This document shows, one piece after another, positions 15,053-28,044 of a stretch of 64,000 nt of DNA (position 1 is its first letter; the number at the start of each line of letters is the position of its first letter). Under the pieces are notes generated by a model. It had not been told where the DNA came from. It worked only from the letters and a program-made list of their open reading frames with translations, and searched no databases. The DNA is from the human T2T-CHM13v2.0 reference genome, Homo sapiens. The stretch is from NCBI RefSeq assembly GCF_009914755.1, contig NC_060927.1; one strand, written 5' to 3'. The position numbers and the translations under genes are program-made.

Positions 15053-15639
15053 CTTTTAATCTTTCCAAAATTGCTTCTTGTGTGTGTGTTTCTTTTTAAT
15101 ACTTGGGGTTTTCAGGGATTTTTTTTTCACCCCAGAGCAAAAATAAAGAAATTTTGTCTAGGGAGAAAACAAATACATATTGTCTGTGTATACTAAAAGG
15201 AAAATTAGATGCAAAAGTACAGTGGTTATATGTGCCAATTTGTATAGCCATTTATTGTAGATACTGTGATAGTCCTCTATCCTTAAGTCTAGATTGACTA
15301 GGAAAAGGCAATCTTTTCTTCCAAATGATCCAGCACCCAACCATTTGCCCCTCAGGTTCAAGGTTTTTTCCTCTTATGGTGGAAGAACAATTTCATATAC
15401 TTTATTGAGGGGTAAGAATGCATATGAAATAAAACATTGTGTCTTCAAAGCTTTGCACCATCTTTCCCGCCGAATTGACTGGGCAGAGGGTCATGAGCAA
15501 CTTCTTATTGATTATGAATCCCAACTCCAGCCTCTGAACTTTTGAAAGATTGAGAAAATTGATCTACATGCTCGTGTACATATACATGGTATGCCTGTAA
15601 ATTAACCAGACAGATTCTTCTGTATAACGTTTTGTTGTT

Positions 15640-15800
15640 TTAACAGCTCAAACTTCATTAGGGTATCTGTTAGAATGGTCCTGAATATCAACTTACACTA
15701 ATTTGGGATCATTAGGACAGTGATGGGACCCAGGAATTTGTGTTTTAACCATTGATTCTGAGGCAGATAGTCCAAGGTCTACACATGAAGAAATATTGCT
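15640..15800. mobile_element. MER5-like DNA transposon relic
   Basis: GGGACCCAGGAATTTGTGTTTTAAC...GATTCTGAGGCAG...GAAGAAATATTG. Confidence 0.55.
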
Positions 15801-16178
15801 TTGCTTTGTACTTTCCACATAGCACATACTTTCTTGAAATAATTGAGCAAAGGCTCCAATTACTATGCTCTCTCCTGTGTTTAGGTGAAATGACAAGCAC
15901 CTCCACAGTAAGATTTTTTCAAAAGCACCATCCCCTAGCCCTTACACCTAACCTCACTCCTGAAAAATTAATCAACCCAAACTGAATACCCCAAAATGTA
16001 TTCCGCTTGATGGCCTCTCCCATCCATTTTTGCAATATTTGAGACTTTAAGAAAATACCAGTAGGCTTGGGAGGTATAACAACTTAAGTTATGACCTATC
16101 ACCCTCCCTTGAATGTATTAAAGGTCTTGGCATAAAGAAGAAAGATGACAAAAAAGCATAAGAAAACTGGATACCTGA

Positions 16179-16601
16179 TGTTATCGGTTAAATTGTGCCC
16201 TCCCAAAAATATGTTGAAGTCTTAACCCCCAGTACCTAAAAGTGGCATCTTATTTCCTTACTTTGGAAATAGTGTGATTGTAGATGTAATTGGTTAAGAT
16301 GGGGGTCATTAAAATGAACCCTAATCTGACATAACTGGTGCCTTCATTAAAATAAGAAATGTGGACAGTGCATATCTATAGAGAGGGGAAACAGTGTGAA
16401 GACACAGGGAGAATACCATCTACAAACCAGGGAGAGAGGCTTGGAACACATCCTTTTCTCACAGTCCTCAGAAGGAATTCACACTGCTGACACCTTTATT
16501 TTGGACTTTTACCCTCCAAAATTGTAAAAATAAATTTCTGTTGCTTAAGCCACCCAGTTTGTGCTGCAACTTTGTGACAGCAGTCCTAGGAAACAAATAC
16601 T
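16179..16601 (+). mobile_element. Solo MaLR LTR (MLT1B-like)
   Basis: TGTTATCGGTTAAATTGTG...AATAAATTTCTGTTGCTTAAGCCACCCAG...GGAAACAAATAC; 5-bp TSD CCTGA (16174-16178, 16602-16606). Confidence 0.88.
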
Positions 16602-19600
16602 CCTGAGACAAAGAGTCAGCAGCGGAAAAACAGAGCCAAAGATGATTGTCTATGAAAACAAACTCTTCCTGTTTATGCTGTTGCCTCTGCCTGTAGCTGT
16701 CTTGCTTAATACAGTGAAACAAAATCAGCATTTCTAGCCAGATGCAATGCCATAATCCTAGAAATGGGGAAATTCCTTCTTACCCAGATGCAATCTAAAA
16801 ATCGTAACTGTAATAAGTTATTCATTTCCTTGAAGGTGGTAACTGCCCAGCAACACCACCCAAGGCAGCATTTTAAGATACTGGCAGCCAGAGTTTCATA
16901 TAAAAATAAAATAAAACAAGTTGTTGTTTAAAATTCGATGAAGGCATGTACTTTGTAAAAGAGAAACAATTACAAACACAACCTGCGGGAACCAGATTGT
17001 CATGGCAAACATTTCATTTCGGCAAATAGTGAAAGAAATCATTTGGAGCTTTCCAGGGTAGCTCCACAGGAATCAAATTTCTCTGAAATTGTTGTTTGTG
17101 TTGCCAAGTCTGTTTTTAATGTTGTCTCACCACTGCTTCTCCTCCCTTCCCGGAGACGTCTGTTGTGGCACAATACTTGGCCAAGAGCTGATATCTCAGC
17201 CACCAAACTCAGACCGTGATCAATCTGCATAAACCTTCAGACAGAAGGGTTTCAGGAATAGTTTACTGGAAAGGAAGGAAAAAAAAAAAAAGCAAGCAAA
17301 GGATTGAGTAATAGACTTACACACAAAAGAGGGTATAAGATATGCCATCACACATTTCACCAGTGAAGTAATCAATGTGAAAACCTGGAGGGAGAATCGT
17401 TTACCTGTGACAGAACAAGGTAAAAGAACCATGGTAGTGGACTTTAAGTTTCCTGATAAAAAGAAGAAAAACAGTATAATCAATCGGATCAACATGCAAA
17501 GAGTGATGATTGAAATGTAATAACAATGTGGTCTTTAATTATAATGTGAGGAGTTGAATGGAATAGAGGACCAATTATATATTCAATAGAGTAGTAAAAA
17601 ATGTCAAGCTTCGAAGAAAAAGAGAATTTAAGTCTCATAAAAAGAAGAAAGTGATGAGGAGTGAGAAATACACTAAAACATTTGTCCGGTTTCGCAACCT
17701 CAGAACAGTTCACAGCCTTTTTATTATACCCCCAGATGTAACTGTGGTGTATGGGGCTAAAAGAAACAAGTTAGTGTCAATGCTCAATACATTTACACTA
17801 TCGACTTTTCATGTGGCATGGAGTCCATTACAGCAAGAAATGATAAGGCATGGTACTTAATTTTTATGTCTACTACTAAACTGCAAACAAATAAAAAGAA
17901 TTTACTTAACCCTTTCCCACTGCAGAATTAATCCTAACCATTCGAATAGAAATCTTTTTCCCTTTGTCAGAAATTATGTTAAAAAACAAAATTTAAAAAA
18001 AATCCCGAACACCTGGAGACTCTTCCTTTTATAATCAATTTGATTTTGTTGCTCATTATGGCTTATTGTAGAACAAGATCTAAATTACATTTTGTTGGAA
18101 CAAGAAGCCAGCTCTGTTTTCCTAGTTCTTTGACTTTATTCCCTTTCTCTGCCTGTCAGTCATTCTCTCTATTTCTCCCTCTCTTTCTCACACTCTCTCC
18201 TTCACTTGTCCCCCCAATTCACTTTCAGATTTTAGACTTACCCACATAGCCAACATCATAAAGGACATTTTAGTCCATCTCTAGTTTTGTGGCTGTGGGT
18301 TGCAGTGTCCAGAAGAACATGGCACAAAGTTGTTGTGAGGATTAAAGTAAATAATGGATAAAGCGTGCCATGTAAAGCTTCAACAGTAGAAAGCTCTCAA
18401 GAATTATCATTATTGTTTCAAGTTTTGCTTTCTGTCATTTCTTCCTCCAATGCTTGAGTTTATTTCTTCAGATCCAGGTTTTGTTATGTTTGCCTTAGAA
18501 GTGGAGTGGGAAGGAGTGGGGAGGTAGAAAAGACTAAGCAAAAACTCACGCAGGCGGAAGGAGGGAACTATTAAGTTCAGCTATTAAGGCATAAAGGAAA
18601 AGCCAACCAGAAGCAGACACGGTGAACAGCAGCAGGTATGCAAGTGAGAAGCCAACATCAGGAGCTGCTGGTCAGAAAGAGACCACAAAGGGTCTGATGG
18701 GAGATTGTCATTCATGGGAGGTAGAGGAGGTAGAGGTAGCAGCAACAAGACTAAGTTTTGAGGCAAGGCCTGAAGCATTTATTAAAAACAGGAGTTGTGC
18801 CAAAATAGATATGCTCTGAATGCAACCTTTGAGAAGGGTAACCCAAGGCTTCCTGGGACCCTCCACCCTAGCATAGAGGTCTATGCTTATTGAACTTCTG
18901 CTTCTATGGTCCAAAAGCTCGATTATTTTTCAGTCTTTTATTCTTCAACTCTGAAGGAAGAGTGCCCCAAGTCCCTCTAACTCCCCTACACTCCATACCC
19001 AGTGGGGCCTTGACCATATCCACTTTCCTTGTTAAATATTTGCAGGGTCTGCTAATACCTGACTCATAGTGGGTGGTCAGAAACAGTGTTTGAATGAGTG
19101 AACGATGGGCATCCATGAGGTCCTTTACACAAATCTCTTCTCTGTTCTATTCCTCTCTTTTTTTGACAAAAATCTAACATAATCTCTAAAACCCTCTAAG
19201 CATCAGCTTAAGGAAAGATAAGCTGTCTTTCCAGGCTCTGCTTCTGAGTCCCTGAGAGGAAAGTGGTGTGGTCGGATGGATAAGCAGAAACTTTGAAGTA
19301 CTTGGTAAATAGAACTTCCCATCTCTTAATATGTTCTAACATTAAATTCTTTCATCATCTCTCCAAAGTTGAAAAATTTCCCCATTTTTACATACTAGAA
19401 AATGCATGAAAAAAGAAATGAAATAAATTGTTCAAACCCACACATTTCACAATAGAGCCTTTGGGGAGTAAAATGATCAGACTAATAAGACATATTAGTA
19501 TGTCAAAGATCATATCACATTTTAGCAATAGACCTATTTAATCAGGGGAGAAATAGGCTTGCACCAAAACAGAATCAATACTACAAAGGCAGAAAAACAA

Positions 19601-19639
19601 ATAAAACAACAAGAACAACCTAATACATTAGTGTAACAT

Positions 19640-21125
19640 TAATCTGGACACCGATCTTACATCTTCTATAAAAATCAACTTAAAATGGATCATAGACCTA
19701 ATGCAAAATGCAAAACCATAAAATTGGACCACATCAAAATTAAAAATTTCTACTCTTCAAAAAACACTGTTAAGTGAATGAAAAGACAAGCCACAGACTG
19801 GGAGAAAATATTTGCAAAACAGATATATCATAAAGGATGTGTATCCAAAACATGCAATGAACTGTCAAAACTCAGAAATAAGAAAACAACCCCATAAAAA
19901 GTGGGCAAGAGACTTGAACAAACACAGCACCAAAGAAGATATAAAGACAGCAGATAAGTATATGAAAAGATACTCAATAACATATGTTATTAGGGGAATA
20001 CAAATTAAAGCAACAATGAGGCTGGGTGTGGTGGCTCACACCTGTAATTCCAGCACTTTGGGAGGCCAAGGCAGGTGGATCACAAGGTCAGGAGTTTGAG
20101 ACCAGCCTGACCAACATGGTGAAACCCTGTCTCTACTAAAAATACAAAAATTAGCCACGCGTGGTGGCCCATGCCTATAATCCCAGCTACTCAGGAGGCT
20201 AAGGCAGGAGAATCACTTGAACCTGGGAGGCAGAGGTTGCAGTGAGCTGAGATCACGCCACTGCACTACAGCCTGGGCGATGGAGCTAGACTCTGTCTCG
20301 AAAAAAAAAAAAAATAAGCTATCACTACATACCTATTAGAATGGCCAAAATTGAGAACACTGACAACACCAATGCTGGTGAGGATTTGGAGCAACAGGAA
20401 CTCTTGTTCATTCCTGGTGGGAATGCAAAATGGCACAACCACCTTGGAAGACAGTTTGGCAGTTTCCTACAAAGCTAAATATCATCTTACCATATGATCC
20501 AGCAATCATACTTCTAGTCATTTACCCAAATGAATTGAAGCATATGTCCACGCAAAAACCTACCTGCAAATTTAATTGCAATTTCATTCATAATTGCAAA
20601 AAATGGGAAGAAACATAGGTAACCTTTATTAGTGAATGAACAAACAAGCTGTGAAACATCCACATATTAGAATATTATTCAGGAATAGAAATAAATGAGC
20701 TGTCAAGCAGTGAAACGACATGGAGAAACTTGAAATGCACATTGCTATGTGTAAAAAGCCAGTGAAAAGATCAATGGTTGCCCGGGGCTGGAGGAGAAGG
20801 AAGTGATACATAGGTGGATCACAGGGGGATTTTTAGGGCAATGATTCTTTCTGTTTAATACTGTAATTGTAGATAACATGACTATGCTTTTAGCAAAACC
20901 CGTAGAATAACACAAAGAATGAACCCCAATAGAAACTGTAGACTTTAGTTAATGCTGATGCATCAATATTGGTTCATCGCTTGTAACAAATGTACCATAC
21001 CAACGCAAGACATTAATAATAGGGAAAACGAGTGAGAGAGAAGAGGGAGAATATGGGAACTTTCTGTACTTTTTACTCAACTTTTCTGTAAGTGTAAAAC
21101 TGCCCTAAAATAATATCTATTCATT
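19640..21125 (+). mobile_element. L1MC-type 3' fragment (interrupted by an Alu)
   Basis: Degenerate ORF2 end (GACAAGCCACAGACTGGGAGAAAATATTTGCA) and L1MC-like 3'UTR (GACTTTAGTTAAT...TGTAACAAATGTACCA). Confidence 0.85.
20020..20314 (+). mobile_element. AluSg-like
   Basis: Full dimer, GATCACAAGGTCAGGAGTTT (2-bp deletion form), poly-A tail. Confidence 0.9.
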
Positions 21126-21317
21126 TCAGAGAGAGAGAGAGAAATCAATTGGAGTTAAAGTCTAATTGTTTTTGCTTAATTTCAATTCTAGATAGATAAT
21201 ATGGTTTGCAACTCTTGGAGCGGATAACAGCTAATACAAGATTGTTATTCGGTAAGTTACCAAAAAGATATCCAGGCTGCCAGATCTCTCCCCATGTTAT
21301 ATTAGAATAACATGACA

Positions 21318-21612
21318 GGCTGGGCACGGTGGCTTACGCCTGTAATCCCAGCACTTTGGGAGGCCGAAGCAGGTGGATCACTTGAGGTCAGGAGCTCGAG
21401 ACCAGCCTGGCCAACATAGCAAAACCCCATCTCTAGTAAAAATACAAAAATTACCCGTGCATGATGGCAGGTGCCTGTAATCCCAGCTCCTCGGGAGGCT
21501 GAGGCAGGAGAATCGCTTGAACTTGGGAGATGGAGTTGCAGTGAGCTGAGCTTGTGCCACTGCACTCCAGCCTGGGTGACAGAGCAAGACTACATTTCAA
21601 AAAAAAAAAAAA
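21318..21612 (+). mobile_element. AluSx/Sz
   Basis: Full dimer; TSD AGAATAA(C/T)ATGACA. Confidence 0.92.
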
Positions 21613-23429
21613 GAATAATATGACAGTACAAGAGGTGTATGCAGAAGCCTAGTACACACCCAGAAGTAGACATTCCTACAGGACTATCTAGAAGTGGTAT
21701 AGAAAGAGGAAACAAGGATAGCAGGGAACTGGGCTGTGTATATGACTTTCTGGAACTCAAGATTCTGGTGAGGTCACTGCTGGGCACACCTGCGTGGTGG
21801 AAACCTTGGCCTGAGATGGGCAGAGCTGGCTCTCCTGGCATCCATGTGTGCAAGCAGCATCCTCCACACAAGGATATACGGGACATTCTGGAAGGTTGCT
21901 GCTGAGACACATCTTCCTGTCCTTGCCATCCTCATGGAGAGCTGGGCCTGTCCAGAGTTGGGGATAGAGCCAAGTGCCAATAAGGCAAAGACTGAAATCT
22001 GAGTTTCTCTGAGCCCAAAGCCCTTGCACTTTCTGCCTCACCCCACTGTCTGTCTCAATAATTTTTTCTCTTTGGGCCTCTATCTTGAGCCCTCTATGTT
22101 TCTCCCTACACAACACCCAACCAACACAAAAGAGGCTCATACCTCTCTGTGCCTCTCCATTACATAGTTTTTAAATTTAACACTCCTTTATTAAGCAGTA
22201 AATTTGTGCCAAGCCCTGTTAAGTGTTGGAGATACTAAAAGAGGAATAAGATTAGACTCAAGGATCTCACAGTCTAGAGATAAAGACATGTAAATTACAG
22301 TGAAACAAGATATTAATTGCTATAAATAAGGGGAAAAAGATTTCTTGGAACCACAATAATCCAGCACTTTGAACTCTATAGGATATTGTGAAACTCTATT
22401 AAAGTCCACGTCGTCTACATTTTTTAGTATCTCTATCTAGCTTTTTGCCAGAGCCTCACATTTAAAATTCCTTTCAAACCTCTCCCTCCTATTCATATTC
22501 TTCAGCCTTTTGTTTCTTCCTCAAGATTGCTAACTCTTGCTGATTTTCCAATTCAGTCAAACTGCTAGGCCACTGTATGCACATTCATCCAACATAATTA
22601 CTGTGATTCTCTTACCTGCAGGAAAGGAGAAATGAGCTTTACCCATGGCACACTGTCATTAAGCAGGAGGGATTACCAACGTGCAACCTCAAGGCCATAT
22701 TCCACAAGGAGGGTGATGCGGCCGGAAGTGAAATGATGCTATGGAGTCCAGATGACAGAGCCAGCCAGTTCCGTCCCACTGCCAACCCCTGTGTTAGGGC
22801 CAAGCTCCAAGGTGGAACAGGGAGGATGGGGAGCAGTGAGCAACTAGTCCCAAGCCCCACATGTCAGGGCTTTTCTCTGGCGTAGACAAGAGGAGGAATC
22901 AGGTGTTGACAGTTTCCTGTTTTTCACCCTGCCACAGGCAGGCCGTATTATGCACTCTTGCCTTGGGACAACTTATCACATAAATGCCTCACACAAAGCT
23001 TCTACCTGCTTCTCTACATTCCTTTCCTGTTACTGTCCAGTTTCCCATGTTGCATTTTAGTAATGCCATGGGAGGAGATGCTCCTCACAACCACACTGGA
23101 TTCCTGGCTTTCTGCCTCAACACATGCCTTTCCTTCCTTCCTGGGCTCTCTGAACCTTCTTCTGCACCTACCTTGACCTCTACTCACTATTCATCTGGCC
23201 AGGCTCAGATCTCCTGGGATCTTTCCTCAACCATCTTCATGCCTACGCATCCTTCCTCTATAATATCTTTGTGGTGAATTAATCTGTTTTCAATTCTGAT
23301 CCTTTGCTAGACTGTGGGCAATTTCAAGTCAGGAGAATTTTGCATTCCAGTGCTAATGCCTAGCAGTGCCTGGAACTGTGTAGACAACAATATATTCGTA
23401 TTACTGTCTCCTTCCTAATGTGTAAATAT

Positions 23430-23641
23430 ATGCAGTGTAGCACATGGTTGAAAGTACACATTTCTGAGCTATCCTGCTTAGGTTTGAGTCCTGATTCAGC
23501 CATTTACCAGCCATTTACTCTGGATTTGGGGGCTGCACCTAATGTTATTCTTCCTCAGTGTCCTCAAATGTGAAACAGGAATAAAAATATTTATCTTATA
23601 GGTTTGTTGTGGGATTTGAATGATAGATTATAGATAGAGCA

Positions 23642-23694
<53 letters not shown>

Positions 23695-23790
23695 CAGATA
23701 GATTTAGAATGATACCTGACACATATTAAGTGCTGGATAAGCATTAACTATTACCATTGTCATCATTACCATTATTATTATCATTATCAT
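23430..23790 (+). mobile_element. MIR containing a (TAGA)n STR
   Basis: CCTCAGTGTCCTCAAATGTGAAACAGGAATAA core; MIR 3' end resumes after the STR. Confidence 0.75.
23643..23702 (+). repeat. (TAGA)13 CAGA TAGA tetranucleotide STR
   Basis: Counted directly: 13 units at 23643-23694. Confidence 0.95.
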
Positions 23791-26089
23791 CTGATTTGTA
23801 GTCTTAACAATAGAGCACAGCACAACAGAGAATAGAGTTCTTGGTTCCCCACAATGCCTTTCTTGAGATTACCAAAATACTTGCTCAGATTTATCTGACT
23901 TCCAGATTATTCAGAATAAACAGCTAATACTGACCCTTTATGTTCAGATCTGCTGACACAAGCTCTGCTCCCGAGGGGTTTCTGCTGATTTAAATAAGTA
24001 GAACAACTGTTGAACAGTACTTTAGACAAAACCACAAACTCTTCTCTCAAATCACATTTGTTATTAAAGAATAACTAGCTATTTATAAGGGGGAAAACCA
24101 CCAGAATAGAAGATTTTTTAAAAGGGGGGAAAAGGGGAAAATTGTGTTATTATTGGCAATGACCTTGGAAAAATAAGAAATGTTTCTTAAAAGGAAAATT
24201 AGTGAGGCTGTTAATTTTAGAATATCATGTTCAAAATGCTGAATTTCTTTAGAATGATACAGTTAATTGAGAAGAAAAATGCTAAGGGGAAGAAAAAGAA
24301 GTTAAAAAAAAAAAAGCTGTGCAGGGAACTGCAAGAAACTCAAGCCAATATGTAGCTTGCATCTGCTGGCAATACCCTCATCAAAGAAGGAAATAAGATA
24401 CAGAACTGAAATTGCTATTCAGAGAAACTTGATAAACAAAATAATCCATTCAATATAACAGATGTCTGTACAATAGTGTGTGCCATGACTAAAATATCTG
24501 ACCCACCCACCTACCCACTGGCATTGCTACCAAAAACATCAATTTAAACTGGGCAACCTGAAACGTGCAAAATAAAATTGGCTATAACTACAATGTCAGC
24601 AAAATATATTCAAGCTGAAAAGAATGGAAGTATTTAAAAAGCATTATCTATAAAGTGTGCTTCCAAATGCTATACTCTCTCTCCTTGGCCCAGGTACATA
24701 TTCTGTCCTTATGACATTTTCACCTCTAGTTCAGTTCATTGGTTCTGCAATTTTAACAAGATAAAAGAAGCTATCTCAATCTAGTTCACTCAAGAGATAT
24801 TTGGTACATCTTCTGTATTCCAGGCCCAGTGATAGTTGCTGGAGATACTAAAATGAATGAGACATGTTCAACGTCTTGAAGAGTTTACACTCTAGTGCTA
24901 TATTTGCTTAGCAGTAAACTGAAGCATCACTTTGGATCTATTTGAGTCTCTGCAAATATGGACTCACTAGATGAATGGTTCATATTTATCCTTTGATGGA
25001 AAATTATCAAATTTTCTGGACTATTGTATTTCCATTAAGAACATGAATGCCAGGTACCTAGTTTAAGGTTGCTGTTATGGACTAGCCTAAAAGATTTGGT
25101 ATAAGGCAAGAGAAACTTTAGCACTTTGCAATCCAAATCTAATCAGTAGGAAAGTTTCTTTTTGTTTTTCATGTTTTCATATACAAAACTGAAGGTTTGA
25201 ACAATGGCTTTTTATACCTACTGTGCCTTTCTTGGATACTATGGCTATTACCAGGGTGAAGCAATTGTCATATTTCAGGGAAAAAATAAAAAAGACAATA
25301 CACAAACGAAAACTGTCAAAACAAAATTAATCATCACATTTTCCTGTTGCTTAATTTCTTGATTAACTTCTGATGGCCCTCTGAGACAACGAAAAAAAAT
25401 GCTCAAACAAAAAAGACCTTAAAAGGAGGTGAACTTTCATTGCACAGTATTTCTGACAGCTTGCTCCTAAGCAAAGCAACTGGTGTCCCTGGGGACTCAT
25501 TCAACATTCATTGGAATCATGGAGAAACAGACCCAGTTTGGAAGATGTTTTTCTGCAGTACAGAGGGGGACTTTGATCCTAGCTCAGATAACAGCTGCTA
25601 TCCCTGAGAGGATTTTCTGGTCGTTCTATCCCTCAGGCCAGGTAAGTCTCAAGGGAGGTGTCTAGTTGACCTCAGAGCTCAACCAAGCAACTGATACCTG
25701 AGGGAGGGTCTTTGAGTGGGCAAAGGAGCCTGGCATCGAGTGTTATCGTTCTGTCAGTCTCTCTCCTGGCTGGAGACAGAGCACACAGGAAAGGAACTCC
25801 TAAAAGGAGTCAGGTCTCACCTGGATTTTCCCCCTCATTGTAAAATTAAAGAAAGGCAGGAAGCCAAAATACCATGATAGATTTTGGTCTCTGCCGTTAT
25901 GTTTTCTCCTGTTCTGGAATTGTAACAAAGTGTTTCCTTTGAAATTCCTGACCCCTGGCTTTTAAATACAGAAGCAAAGGTGAATATGTATGATTAATCT
26001 CTTAGAAGAAAATAAAATATGTTGTATAGTTAATCAAGTAGCGTGGAAGAATATAAGATTACATCACTACATCACCTTGTAGGAAACCA

Positions 26090-26255
26090 TTTTTCTTTTT
26101 CTTTTTTTCTTTTCCTCTTTTCCTTCCTTTTTCTTTTTTAGAGATGGGTCTCACCACGTTGCCCAGGCTGGCCTCAAACTCCTGGGCTCAAGACATTCTC
26201 CCTCCTCAGTCTCCCAAGTAGCTGAGATTACAGGCATGCATAACTGCACTTGGCT
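26090..26255 (-). mobile_element. Free Alu monomer (FLAM)
   Basis: Single arm GAGATGGGTCTCACCACGTTGCCCAGGCTGG...ACTGCACTTGGCT after a T-rich tail. Confidence 0.85.
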
Positions 26256-27648
26256 CATTTTTATTTTAGAATTAGGTATATTTGAGAAAGAATTGTAGTA
26301 TCCCCTTTAAAATGTAAAAAATTAATCTACATATTGACACTGTGAGGTAAAACTACATCTTTGTCATTGTATTTATGATGTGAAACATCAGGGAAATCAC
26401 TGAAGTTACAAAGACATTAAAAAAACACCTTTATGATAATTTGAAAAGGTGACTATCAAAGAAAACTCCAGCCATCACAAAATTATTCTGCCACTGATAG
26501 TTTAATAAGCCTTTATTTTTTATTTATGTACTCCTTTAATAAATAAAGGAATTAAGCATTTATTTGTTAAGCACTTATTATGTGCAAAGCACTGTTTTAG
26601 ATGCTGTAGGGAATAAAGATATTTATGACAGTCCCTAGATTTACTAGGGGGATTAAGACTGTACATGGTAGGAAATGGTAACTGCCATAGAGATGACATA
26701 AACTACAGGAGTTAAAAAAAAGTCTCCCAATGACCACCAGTCCCATACGCAGTTTTGGTTTCAACTATTAATTCAATTGAAAGCTAATTTCAGGATATCA
26801 GGATATTTAGCCAATGTCTTCCCCATCACAAAGGGAAAATGAGCTGCCATCAGCCCACAGAGAGAGGCTTACACCTCTCCGCAGATTTATGAAGGCAAGT
26901 GAAGGCAATTTGCCTATCTTTCTCCGCTCTCCTTTCTTTCAGCCTTTATACTCAGGTATGAAGTGTGGCATTGGCTGCAGTAAAGGAAGCTGAAACAAGA
27001 AGAGAAAGAAAGTTGCTTTTCCAGTCTTCTGCAAGCCATCTTGCATTCTTGGGCAAACCTCCCTGGCTCAGCTGGGAATATGTGTTTGAAAACCTACATT
27101 CCGAAGGGAAGTCTGGCAATACCAAGGGCATCTTCAGCTGATGCTTCTTAACAGGTCAAGAGCCAGAGCCTTGATGAGGGAAAGAGAGGACATATTTTTG
27201 CTTTGTCTCAAGGAAAGTACCTTCCTCTGAGTCCCTGAGGCTAAAACATTGTCATTATAAGAACTATTGACAAACATTCAGCATGACAGAAATGTGTGTA
27301 AAATACACAATTGTGTAGAAAACACAAACTCCACATGTGATGGATTATGTGTTTTAATTCAATAAGTCAGTTAGATGTCTTGCAGTATGTTCTGGGCACC
27401 TGTTCAATATTTCTATTCTTTGGGAGAGGAGATCTTCACCACTTAAAATAACTAGATCAGTGGAAAAGACTCATTCTTACTCGAGCATTTATACCAGTTA
27501 TATCAGATGTGTTCATTCTTTCCCCTTTTTCCCTTCTTTCTAATACTTCAGATTGTCCATAATAGGATTCAATTAGGAAACCTACTTTGTACCTTGACTT
27601 GTTCATCCCTGTGTCTTAACTTGGATTCTTAACATTTTTTTCTTTTAT

Positions 27649-28044
27649 CCTTTTGTGAAGATTTTACATTTCCCCCTTTCCAATATTACCCTTCTTCTAA
27701 AGACTTTCAGTGTTAGTATCTTTTATATCATAGTGTACATCTCTACATCATGTACATCTCTACATCATAGTGCTTTTTCACATATGTCCAGCTCCCCACA
27801 TCTGTATCTGCACATTACATACCTATGAACCCGTATCAATACCCCTTCCTACCTACCTATCATGCTAGGATTGCAGGATGAGCATTCTTCTTTTTTCTGT
27901 GTGGACTCCTCTTCTTGTACAGCCAACCAGAACATCCTTGATTGTTTACAAGATGTACCCTTGTCTTTTCCTTGTCTTCTTTTGATACTTTGCCTCATTA
28001 AGTTTTTTTTTTTCTCTTCGTTATTACCATTGTCAAGATCAGCT
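27649..28044 (+). repeat. Copy 1 of ~400-bp host direct repeat flanking the ERV-L
   Basis: Colinear shared blocks with 32801-33417, e.g. TTTCAGTGT.AGTATCTTTTA, CATGCTAGG.TTGCAG.ATGAGCATT, CCAACCAGAACATCCTTGATTGTTT, CATTGTCAAG. Confidence 0.9.

Noticed and set aside
21590-22140. Overlapping 68-127-aa ORFs in a GC-richer patch
   Set aside because: No recognisable protein; open frames on both strands fit chance or an unrecognised old LTR.
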